A stretch of DNA of 64,000 nucleotides, from contig CAVXYC010000007.1 in NCBI GenBank assembly GCA_963765765.1, positions 64,001 through 128,000 on the forward strand, read 5' to 3'. Within the stretch, counting starts at the first letter, position 1. Each line of letters begins with the position of its first letter. Below the pieces are notes generated by a model. It had not been told where the DNA came from, made no database searches, and saw only the letters and a list, made by a program, of their open reading frames with translations. The stretch is from an uncultured Chloroflexia bacterium. GTDB taxonomy: Bacteria; Chloroflexota; UBA6077; JACCZL01. Below, one piece after another: positions 31,663 through 41,439 of the stretch. The position numbers were made by a program, and so were the translations under genes.

Positions 31663-31886
31663 TCGCTGAACGCGCGCTCGAATTCACTATCCAGAGGGGC
31701 GTCAAAGTCAGGGTGAATTCGAATCTGGCCCTTATACATACCGGGACGCCGAGCCAGAGCTTTCATCGGAACGATTCTCGCGACTGGCCGGCCGTTCCGT
31801 GCAATCACGATCTCTTCGCCACGCTCGACCCGTTCGAGCAGCCGTGAGAGCTGCGTTTTGGCTTCGTGCACATTTACCGAGTCCAT
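31659..31886 (-). CDS. Phd/YefM-family antitoxin
   Basis: VNVHEAKTQLSRLLERVERGEEIVIARNGRPVARI; 4-bp overlap with vapC. Confidence 0.95.
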   Translation of the reverse strand: MDSVNVHEAKTQLSRLLERVERGEEIVIARNGRPVARIVPMKALARRPGMYKGQIRIHPDFDAPLDSEFERAFSE

Positions 31887-31893
31887 ACAAGCG

Positions 31894-31922
31894 AGCTTAG
31901 CATACTTAGCTAGACTTAGTCA
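31894..31922 (-). promoter_or_regulatory. TA promoter/operator
   Basis: Extended -10 TGcTAAGCT 7 nt before the ATG; three CTAAG repeats overlap it. Confidence 0.55.
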
Positions 31923-32056
31923 TACCGATCTCCAGCGATCATAAAGATCCGATAACAGTCGCTCCGCCTGAAACCGTTTCGCTTGATGTGCTCAAGCCTA
32001 GACGTGAGTGCCGTCGGCGACTTGTTCCAACATGGCTCCTCCTGTAGTATGTGGAC

Positions 32057-32089
32057 ATTGTTAAGAGTTGATCGAATATTCTTAACAAT
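32057..32089. promoter_or_regulatory. Palindromic operator TTAAGA-N13-TCTTAA, copy 2
   Basis: Perfect 10-bp IR ATTGTTAAGA/TCTTAACAAT with a 13-bp spacer, just upstream of ATG 32097/32109. Confidence 0.7.
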
Positions 32090-32096
32090 TACCGTC

Positions 32097-34007
32097 ATGA
32101 TTTTCGCCATGCCATCCATCGCAAACCGCGGCCGCGTCCGACTTGTGACGCTTGGCTTCGTCGCCTTCTTGATCGTCGCACCGTGTCTGTCTATCGCAAC
32201 CCAAGCATTGACGCTTATCTCTGCGCACGTCTTGACCTGGACCGCCGAGCTCTTGCTTCAATTCGCGGTACCGCGCTTGCCGGTGGATCCGGTCTACGCT
32301 CAAGCACTCATCTATAACGTCGGCCACATTGATCCGCGCGGCCTTGCTGTGGCTGGACCAATCGGCGATGCGCTGCACCATCTATTGCCACATGTCTTTA
32401 CCGCAAGTGATTATGCGCAGGATGGCACTGTTGCGAGCGCGGTGATGGATGGCAGCCCCACAGTCGCTGCCGCGATGCTGGCTCGCATGGGCGCCGCGAT
32501 TCCTCTGCTGTCCACTGTCGATGCTCGTGGCGTCACTCCGTCGCGTGCCTCGCTGGGCAGTCATCACTTGCCTCCTACTGCAGGCCCAAGTGTTCATCGA
32601 TTTGGCACCGGAATTAGCGTTGGTTCGGTCAGAGATTGAAGCTGCGGGTATCCCCTTCGCCGTGGCGGCGCTCTTGCCCGTATCCGAGAACGGTCAGCGC
32701 GTGTTCTTCACCCGCGGCCTTGATAGCCTGCCGGATTGGATCGTGGGTGCGATAGCGGCCTTGATCTTTTCAGGGGTCACGGTCCTGGCGTCGCGCGCAT
32801 CCGCAACCGTGACCAGAGTGGCTGTCCGAGCAGTCGTGCGACGATTCCACCGGCCCCATCCGTCCAAAATCGCGTCCGCGCACCAGACGTATTCGTGGCG
32901 CTTCGAGCATGAGTTTATCGGCCGCGGCGCTGATGCTCGTGCTGGCCATGACGATGACCCCACTGCGGGCGTTCTCGGAAACTGAGCCTGTCTTCCTAGA
33001 TCAGGAGTCCCCATTAGCCGATTCCGAGCCGATGATGGCAATTCCGCCTTCGGAGGCCCGTGCAGCAGGCGGGGCCGTCGGTTGTGCGACTGGAACGCAA
33101 TGGCGATCAGTTCTCCCTGCGCGTGAACGGCCAGGCCTCGTTTGTGAAAGGCGTTGGTTACAACCCCTGGTACGCCGATCTGGAGTTAACGCAGCGTCAT
33201 GCTTTGTACGATCGCGACTTCGCGCAGATTCGCGCCACCGGCGCCAACATGCTCGAGGGCTGGTTCGAGCAGCAGTTCGATGAAGTCACGCTTGACGCCG
33301 CGCAAGCCAACGAGCTCGGCGTGATCATGCCATTTGAGCTCAACCAGGACTACGACTACAGCGATCCCAACGTTCAGGCTCAATTTCTCGAGCAGATCAC
33401 TGGCTGGGTCCAGCGCTACCGAGGACATCCGGCCGTGCGGATGTGGGCGCCGGGAAACGAAGTGCTCCATCGACTGATCTACCCCACGCTCGTGCGTGGC
33501 TCCGTCGATCCGGATATGGAGCTGCGCGCCCAAGATTTCGCCGCCTTCTACGTGAAGGTGATTGACCGAGTTCACGAACTAGATCCAGATCACCCGGTGC
33601 TGTACCGAGATGCCGAGGACGGCTACGTAAGTCGTCTGGCCGCTGAGCTGAAGCGTGATGGCGTTGCCCGTCCGTGGCTGATTTATGGTGCCAACGTCTA
33701 TACGCCAAGGATCCAACAAATTGTCCAGGACTGGTCCGTCCAGACGCTCGATGCTCCAATTCTCTTCTCAGAGTTCGCCCCAACCGGCATGAGCGCCCAG
33801 GATCGGCCGCGACGCATGGAATGGTTCTGGAAAGTGATCCGATCACGTCCCAGCATGGTGCTGGGAGGGGTCGTTTACACCTGGTCGACAAACGGCCCAG
33901 AGGACCTGGATCGTGTCTTCGGGTTGACCGATGACGAAGGTCAGCCGGTGGACGGGTCCGTTGCCACACTCAGTCGAATGTTCCAATCACGAGCTGTCTC
34001 GAGGTGA
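32097..34007 (+). CDS. Multi-TM domain + GH2-like hydrolase fusion (paralog 2; about 3 frameshifts)
   Basis: ORF pieces 31983-32639, 32449-32985, 32909-33283 and 33060-34007 align colinearly with the intact paralog at 34254-36569; HPAVRMWAPGNE and FSEFAP. Confidence 0.72.
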
Positions 34008-34014
34008 TCGCGTT

Positions 34015-34257
34015 ATGACGTTGCCCGCACTCTCAGCCGAAGGCTCCTTCTCGCCGCCCATAGAGTCGCACTGTGACTCTGCCGCCATACTTGGCAATCT
34101 GACCGCTGCGCTGGCGCGTGGTGAGCTGGCACAAGGAACTCAGCTCATGGAGCACGCCCTGCTGCTCAATGTGCAGTGGGAGCAGCTCACCACGGCAGTC
34201 CAAGACGGCATCGCCCAGGGTTACGAGTTACCGAAGGACACTCGCGAAACGCGATGA
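34015..34257 (+). CDS. Small hypothetical helical protein
   Basis: GAGGTG RBS; ATGA coupling to the next gene. Confidence 0.55.
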   Translation: MTLPALSAEGSFSPPIESHCDSAAILGNLTAALARGELAQGTQLMEHALLLNVQWEQLTTAVQDGIAQGYELPKDTRETR

Positions 34258-36569
34258 TCGCGGCCTTGCCTGCCGCACGGCCGCGGCGAACATCGACTCC
34301 CTGGCCGGTCGCCCTGGTAGTTGGACTCAGCGCATACCTTCTCGCGCGGCCGGTGGTGGCAGTCATCCATGAGCTAGCTATCCTGGGCGCCGCCTGGCTG
34401 TTCAACCAGATTCATCATGGAAGCTCAGGCTGGACGCTGGTGCGTCTCATTCCAGGGGATCCAATTTATACCGGAGCAGTTGCCTCGCTGTTGAGTGACA
34501 TGGACGCGGTGGGGCTGGCGCTGGACGGACCACTGGGCGCGCTTCTCCATTCGTACTGGCCAGCCGTGTTTCTTGACCCCGCTCTCATTCAAGACGGCGC
34601 ATTCGTGAGCGCGCTCATTCTTCCGGGGTCCACCCTGGTGGCGCGTGGCCTGAGCTTCTTCCTGGCAGACGTGGTCGTATTGGCCCTCGGTTGGGGAGTG
34701 TGGCTCTGGGCCACATCTGGCCCGATGTCCATGTTTCGACTCAGCCTGGCGTTAGGGACTGCCGCCCAGCAGCTACACGTGATCGTTCACCATCATCTCG
34801 CGAATCGCGTTGCCCTGCGCGATCTGGAATCGCTGGGCATTCCATTCGCACTCTCGGCGCTGCAGCGCGGCGCCCCTCAAGACCGACCGCGCGTTACGGC
34901 CTGGCTGACGAGTATCCCCTCACCAGTGATCGACATCGTGTTCAACTCGATCCTCGCAACACTCGCGGTAGCGGCCAGCCTGCTCATCGCCATTGCATTG
35001 CGCCAAATGTGGCGCAACGTCTCGAAGCTACTCAGTCCTGCGCCCACGGCCACGCTGTTTGCATCGAGCCCGCGCTCGATGCACCGCATGGTCTGGATAC
35101 CAGCCCTTGTACTGACAGTGTCCCCGTTTGGCGCGGTTGTTGACGCAGACAGTCGCGTACTCGGTCTCGTTGACGAGTCGATTGTGATTGTTCCGGGCGC
35201 AGAGAAACTGAGCTTGCCAAGTTTGGGCCCCGAGCCGGCCCAGACGAAGACGGATCTTTCCGTCTCGAAGTCAGAAACGCCGTTGGCACCGACGAGCGTG
35301 GTCATCAACGGCGGTGATTTTCATTATCACAGCAGCGTCAATGGTGAGCCGTCCACCATTCGTGGCATGGGATACAACGTGCGTTACGCGCATTTATCCA
35401 CCGAGGAGCGTCGAGCGCTCTACGACCGCGACTTTGCCCTCATGAGCACGATGGGCGTCAACACCGTGGTTGGCTGGGAAGCTCGCGAGTTCGATGAGCT
35501 GACCCTGGAGCGGGCCGCGGCACACGGGCTCGGCGTTGTGCCGCCATTTGAGATGCGGCCGGACGTTGACTACACCGATGAGGCAGTGCGCACTGAGACC
35601 ATGACCGAGGCACTCGCGTGGGTGCGCCGCTACAAAGAGTACCCAGCGGTCCGCATGTGGGCCCTTGGAAACGAGATTCTCCATAAGCTCGTGTTTCCGT
35701 CCTGGATGCCGGTTCAGGCAGAACCCTGGCGTGAAGAGCGTGCGCGGGCGTTCGCCGACTTGCTCGTGACAATGGCAGATCGTGTGCGCGCAGAAGACCC
35801 CCTGCATCCCGTTGTCTACACCGACGCCGAGGATGCCTACGTGGGCTACGTGCGCGAGGCGATACTCGCCGATGGCCAGCCGCGGCCATGGTTCGTCTAC
35901 GGCATCAACGCATACACACCGCGTCTCCGGTCGATGATCGAAAGCTGGCCGAGTGTCGGCTTCGACACCCCGCTTTTCATCTCGGAGTTCGCACCTGGGG
36001 GCCTCAGCGCGCAAGATCGACCGGCAGGTTTGCGTGACATGTGGGACGTCGTGAAATCATTTGACGATCGAGTGCTTGGCGGTGCGGTCTACTCGTGGAC
36101 CGTGGAAGGGCCCGAAGAGGTGGACCGTGTATTCGGACTCGTCGACGCCAATGGAGCACCGGTGGATGGAGCGCTGAACGCGGTTGCGAGGATGTACGGC
36201 GGACATGTGGAAGTCGCCACGGCGTCGAATCACGATGACGCGATGGCCGATGAAGACGATCCAGTCCAGGAGATGGCGAGAACAGCGTTTGCCGCGATTC
36301 AACCGGAGCTGGACGAAGACGCTGTCTCGGAGGACGATCAAGTCGGCGGTCACGATGCTGAACAAGAGCCCGAGACACCCGGCGGAGAGATGCAGGTCGC
36401 GCGCGTCATCGATGCGAATACCGCGTCGGCCGACGGTCAGGACTCGGGTGACGCGTGGTGGGTTACCTGGCGGTCGACAGATCGGCGCAAGCGAGACGTC
36501 GCCATGCTGGTGGAACGCGGCGACGATGGCCAACCGCGTGTGTCATACGTGCACCGACCCAAGTCTTAG
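34254..36569 (+). CDS. Multi-TM domain + GH2-like hydrolase fusion with acidic C-terminal domain (paralog 3)
   Basis: Hydrophobic N-terminal ~330 aa; GMGYN, YPAVRMWALGNE, ISEFAP and EGPEEVDRVFGL. Confidence 0.8.
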   Translation: MIAALPAARPRRTSTPWPVALVVGLSAYLLARPVVAVIHELAILGAAWLFNQIHHGSSGWTLVRLIPGDPIYTGAVASLLSDMDAVGLALDGPLGALLHSYWPAVFLDPALIQDGAFVSALILPGSTLVARGLSFFLADVVVLALGWGVWLWATSGPMSMFRLSLALGTAAQQLHVIVHHHLANRVALRDLESLGIPFALSALQRGAPQDRPRVTAWLTSIPSPVIDIVFNSILATLAVAASLLIAIALRQMWRNVSKLLSPAPTATLFASSPRSMHRMVWIPALVLTVSPFGAVVDADSRVLGLVDESIVIVPGAEKLSLPSLGPEPAQTKTDLSVSKSETPLAPTSVVINGGDFHYHSSVNGEPSTIRGMGYNVRYAHLSTEERRALYDRDFALMSTMGVNTVVGWEAREFDELTLERAAAHGLGVVPPFEMRPDVDYTDEAVRTETMTEALAWVRRYKEYPAVRMWALGNEILHKLVFPSWMPVQAEPWREERARAFADLLVTMADRVRAEDPLHPVVYTDAEDAYVGYVREAILADGQPRPWFVYGINAYTPRLRSMIESWPSVGFDTPLFISEFAPGGLSAQDRPAGLRDMWDVVKSFDDRVLGGAVYSWTVEGPEEVDRVFGLVDANGAPVDGALNAVARMYGGHVEVATASNHDDAMADEDDPVQEMARTAFAAIQPELDEDAVSEDDQVGGHDAEQEPETPGGEMQVARVIDANTASADGQDSGDAWWVTWRSTDRRKRDVAMLVERGDDGQPRVSYVHRPKS

Positions 36570-36678
36570 CCGGCTGGGCCCTCCCGCTCGACCGTGTCCG
36601 GGAAATCAGCGCATGATCGCGCGGAGATCATCTATCGAGGCCATTTGACCGCAAACCGGAGATGCTGGGCGCTGGGCT

Positions 36679-37149
36679 TCATTCCTCCGACCGCGTCAAG
36701 AGCTGAACGTAGTCCAGCGCCGGCGGCTCCTGACCGAGGCGGGTCAACGCGGAGGCAAGGTCGGCACGATGCTGCGTTGAGTGCGTAGCCACCTGGATGA
36801 GCCCCTGCTCAACGCTTAACTCGCGATCCAAGCCCGGCATTCGGAACAACCGAGTCAGGTCAAGCTCCGACGTTTCGGCGATGAGTGTCAGATACTCTTC
36901 GGATACAGCATCGGTACGCTCGAGCGCTTCAGAGACTAGTGCAAAGCGCTCGGGGCGTGTCGGTTCGCCGCGCATGAGGCGCAGATAGTTCGTCTCCACA
37001 CTAATCATGTGCGTTAGTGTCTCAAAGGGACTACCAAAATGATCCGGCATAGAGTAAGCGAGCTGCTCCGGGTTGAGTTGGCTGCACGCCGTCAAAATAC
37101 GTCGGTTCGCCCAGCGATGATAGCTGTAGAGCTCAATCAAAACCGACAC
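36679..37149 (-). CDS. DinB family protein
   Basis: YHRWAN, TLTHM...E..Y and HSTQHRA. Confidence 0.88.
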   Translation of the reverse strand: MSVLIELYSYHRWANRRILTACSQLNPEQLAYSMPDHFGSPFETLTHMISVETNYLRLMRGEPTRPERFALVSEALERTDAVSEEYLTLIAETSELDLTRLFRMPGLDRELSVEQGLIQVATHSTQHRADLASALTRLGQEPPALDYVQLLTRSEE

Positions 37150-37213
37150 CCGGCATGCCTCCCGCCGCTGTCATCCTACTCCGGCGGGATTCGTAGAATG
37201 GCGTCCCGGGGAG

Positions 37214-39676
37214 TTACTCGGTCACGTACAGCGCGGGATCGATAGCAGTGATGAATGGACTCGGCTGCCGCACTCGGTTATCCGTGGAGCGGGGGCCGGA
37301 GAGATAGAGTCGCGAACGAGCGCGGGTCAAAGCCACGTAGAAGAGTCTCTGTTCTTCCGCCAATCTCCCTTCGCGTATGGCATTCCCGCGAGGAAGCTCG
37401 CCGTCAGAGAGGCCGGCTATGAAGACGGTATCGAACTCCAGCCCTTTGGACTGGTGAATGGTGAGGAGTGGAATTCGATCGTCCCCGTTCAGAACCTGAT
37501 CCACGTATCGGATCAGCGCTGCGGACCGCACGAGCTTTTCCAGGGCCGTCCATGGGTCATCGTGATGCACATCGCGCTGCTCGACCATGCGCGCAAACTC
37601 GTCCAGGTGCTCCAACCGCTCAGGCTCTCTTGCGTAGACATCGCGGAGTCCCGATTCAGCCATCATTTGGTGTAACACTCGGGCCGGACGCTGCATCTGA
37701 GCCAAGCCACGCCATCGATCGAGGTCATCAGCCCAGGGTGCAAACGCCACACCATCGCGTTCGACAATCCCACGGCGCTGCTCGGCACCACGTTGGACGA
37801 TATCCATGAGCCACGCTAGCAGCTCTACCGTGGCATTCGACATCTGCACGTGCCCGATGCGTTGGCTGGTGCTCCAAACCGAGAGCTGCGCAAAGCCCGA
37901 TCAGGCTCAGGCATGGCATCTCACTGGTGCCTGGCAACTCTATGAATCGCTGCGCTAGGAGAAGCGTGTCTGCGCTGCTGATTACGGGAACATCCAAACC
38001 GAGCAGCCGCGATTGGTTTCGGAGCGTGCGGAGATCGAATCCGATGTTGTGTCCTACCACCAGATCGTCACCGATGAACCGAAATACCGAAGTCAGCGCT
38101 TGCTCTGACACCTCACCATGCATTGCCAGGTATTCGTCGGAGAGACCATGCGCGCGAATGGAATCGCCGACAGTCACGCTGTTCCGCACCAGCGTCTCGA
38201 ACCGCTCCGTCGGGCTGCCGAATTCGAGGCGAGTGGCTGCAATCTCGATGATCTCCGCACCAGCGTCGAGGCCGGTGGTCTCGATATCCAGCACCACGAT
38301 CCGACCGTCCTGGTACTCATCGATGAGCCGTGCCGAATGGCTCGCCGTAGGCGTGCGTCTCAATCTTGATCAGATCCACGCGCTCCAGGCCAACTCCTTC
38401 ACCGGCATGCTGAATGCGCGCCAGCGTCCCGTGCCCCACGCCCTTGATCAGCCGATCCGTGATCCGATGCATGGCGGCCGTGTCATTAGGATTGACTGTG
38501 AGACGGAGCAAGGCCAATGCATCTTTAACTTCGCGTCGCTGCAGGAAATCAAGATGCTCCAGTGTGACGTGCTTGATGGAACGAGCCGTAAGCGTCTCGG
38601 ATAGCCCGATGCCGTATCGATTGTTCGCGGTGAGCACGCCGATGCGGTGACCCTCTGCACCAGGTTCTTGCTGGATAGCTTCGATCTGATCGGCAATCCA
38701 GGCGCCTTCCTCCTCGGGGCTTTCTGCGAGGCGCCATACGGCGAGTGGACCGTCCAGGGCATCGACAGTGGATTGGATCACCGGACCATCGGGGCGGAAT
38801 GTGGCCGCGGCAAAGCACTCCGCTATTGAGACGAGCTGAGGCGTGGATCGTCGATTCTCTCGGAGTGAGATCTCCCTGACCGGGGAAAAGTCCTTCCTGA
38901 ACTGTCCAATGATCGAGTCGGGGGCCGAGCCGCGCCACTCATAAATGGTCTGATCTACATCTCCGAAGAGGGCCAGGTTGCCCGTGGCGCGCGCCAGCAT
39001 GAACACGACCCGATACTCCGACTTGTGCGTGTCCTGGATCTCATCAACCATGATGGACTCATACCGCTCGGCCCAGCGGCTTCGAGCCTCCGGAACACGT
39101 GCAAGTACGGAGTTGGTGAAGAGGACCAGGTCGGAAAAGTCGAGAAGATGCTGATTCCAGAGCTGCTCTTGATACCGTCTTGCAGCACGCGTAAGGTCTC
39201 CGAGCCCCGAATACATGTCGGCGTAGTTGGGCGGCCAGGAGAGCTGACGCGACTCCACTTCACTCTTGATTCGACCGAGCTTGAAGAAGATGTCGCGTGC
39301 GTCCTTCGACGTTTGGCCTGTGATCTCGGCGAGTAGGTCGCAGGCGTCGCCATCATCGCAAATCGTGAAATGCGTCGGGATGTCCGAGAAATCGTGCCTC
39401 GGCTCGCAGAATAGTCGCGCAGAGTCCATGAAATGTGGAGACGGCGACCTGGCATTCTTGATTCGGAAAGCGCTTCTGGATGCGTGAGCGCACCTCTTCC
39501 GCGGCGCGGTTCGTAAACGTCAGGCAGAGCATTCGCCGGGGGTCATGTCCGGCGGCGATCGCCGTAGCGATGCGCTCGATGAGCGCATAGGTCTTTCCAG
39601 AACCGACCGGCGCTAGAACAAGCAGTCCACCGTGAAGGTGATTGATAATCTGCTGCTGAGGGTCGTCGAGGTCCAC
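37214..39676 (-). CDS. UvrD/Rep/PcrA helicase with internal DEDDh 3'-5' exonuclease (about 3 frameshifts)
   Basis: APVGSGKT, TFTNRAA, VDEIQD, GDVDQTIYEWRG; exonuclease motifs LDIETTG, GHNIGFD and HRARAD; C-terminal TIHQSKGLEF and RLFYVALTRAR. Confidence 0.85.
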
Positions 39677-39865
39677 ACCCGCTCCGCTTGCGCACTGCCG
39701 TCGGCAGCATAGCCGCGAGATTGCGAACAGTCAATGAAGATTGACAGGATCGTAGGTTGCAGGCTTGCACATTCGTCCGGCTTGACGACTCCTAATCCTG
39801 CCTCACGGCAATGAGCTTCCCGCACAATAGGGAGACTCGCCCACCTCAGTAAGGGGGACAGACGA

Positions 39866-41122
39866 TTGCTCAAACCTGACGATCTGCATCTGCTCACACA
39901 GACGGGACCAGGGACGCCCATGGGTGCCGTGTTTCGGAGATTCTGGCTCCCCGCGCTCATGAGCCGCGAGCTGTCGGGGCGGGACTGCGCACCGATCCGC
40001 CTGCGGCTACTGAGCGAGAACCTGGTGGCGTTCCGAGATACCAACGGTCAACCCGCCTTCGTTGCTGAGAACTGTCCGCACCGAGGTGCATCGCTGTTCT
40101 TCGGCCGCAACGAAGAATGCGGGATTCGGTGCGTGTATCACGGCTGGAAATTCGACGCGACCGGCAGTTGCGTCGATATGCCGAACAAGCCGCCGGAATC
40201 GAATTTCAAGCACAAGGTCAAAGTCACCGCGTATCCTGCGGCCGAACGTGGGGGCGTGATCTGGATCTATATGGGACCGCCCGAGCTAAAGCCAGCACTA
40301 CCCGATTTCGAGTGGTGCTCGCTGCCCGATGAGCAGCGCGTTGTCAATCGCTGGGAGCAGGCATGCAATTACGCGCAGGCGGTCGAAGGTGATCTCGATA
40401 CGTCGCACGTCACATTCCTTCACAGTCGGCTGTCCGACGGCCAGGCCGGACTCGCGCGGCAATCAACCAACGGCGATTTCCTCATTCGTGATGGCGCCCC
40501 AAGATTGACGGCGAAGGAGACGGACTACGGATTTTGCTACGGCGCGCGCCGGCAAGCGCCAGATGGCTATTACTGGCGTGTCACCCAGCTCCTTCTCCCC
40601 GGCTACAGCATGATTCCGAGTATCACATCACGCTATGGTGGCGGACTGTGGCTACCCATGGATGACGAGCATAGTATTGGCTGGCGCTTCGCCTGGGACC
40701 TTGAGGAGCCATTTACGGACGAGCAGCGCCCAGTCGCTGGCGGTGTGCCAATCTTGCAATCGGGCAGTCTTCGAACATTACGAAACCTGGCGAATGACTA
40801 CCTGATCGATCGTGAAATGCAACGCACGGTGAACTTCACGGGAATTGCTGACGGCCGCGCGCAAGACACCATGGCGACGGAAACGATGGGCCCGATCATG
40901 GACCGCACGCGTGAGCACCTGGGAACGGCTGACCTGGCGATCATCGTGTACCGGCGGCGGATGCTGCGGCTGGCACGCGAGCTGGAGCAGGGCATCGAGC
41001 CCTTCGCGGCCTCGCAGGGGTCCAGTTACCGGGTGCGCTCCCTTGACGTGATAGACCCGGCGGAGACGCTTGATGAGCTTCTCCGGACACACGAGCAGAC
41101 GGTGTTCCAGCCGGCAAGCTAG
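39866..41122 (+). CDS. Rieske non-heme iron oxygenase (phthalate 4,5-dioxygenase/VanA-like)
   Basis: CPHRGASL...CVYHGW Rieske motif; DTSHVTFLH iron ligands; EHLGTAD. Confidence 0.93.
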   Translation: MLKPDDLHLLTQTGPGTPMGAVFRRFWLPALMSRELSGRDCAPIRLRLLSENLVAFRDTNGQPAFVAENCPHRGASLFFGRNEECGIRCVYHGWKFDATGSCVDMPNKPPESNFKHKVKVTAYPAAERGGVIWIYMGPPELKPALPDFEWCSLPDEQRVVNRWEQACNYAQAVEGDLDTSHVTFLHSRLSDGQAGLARQSTNGDFLIRDGAPRLTAKETDYGFCYGARRQAPDGYYWRVTQLLLPGYSMIPSITSRYGGGLWLPMDDEHSIGWRFAWDLEEPFTDEQRPVAGGVPILQSGSLRTLRNLANDYLIDREMQRTVNFTGIADGRAQDTMATETMGPIMDRTREHLGTADLAIIVYRRRMLRLARELEQGIEPFAASQGSSYRVRSLDVIDPAETLDELLRTHEQTVFQPAS

Positions 41123-41135
41123 CGCGGGCACGGTT

Positions 41136-41201
41136 GTAGTGCGGAATTCATTACGCGGTCGTGTGCGATCTCGGGAGACGGCGGAATAGATTCCGCACTA
41201 C
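41136..41201. repeat. GTAG-type REP doublet (family C)
   Basis: GTAGTGCGGAATTCATTACGC ... GCGGAATAGATTCCGCACTAC inverted arms. Confidence 0.8.
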
Positions 41202-41439
41202 CAATCGTGTGCACCGAATCGCCTTTATTCCAGAGTGTCAAACTTTCCGCTCCAGTCTCGCTCAAAGGTGTCCTGTATCCTGGCCGCGACTGATGGTTCT
41301 TGAAACACCGGCACCCCCGGTAACCGGCCTATCGTAAAGAGAACACTGTCGCGCACTTTGAGCGTGCGCTATGATCGGTCGCGTCTCGGTCATTTCCATG
41401 ACCCGATTTCATCAAGACTTCTGCCAGCAGGGGGCATCC

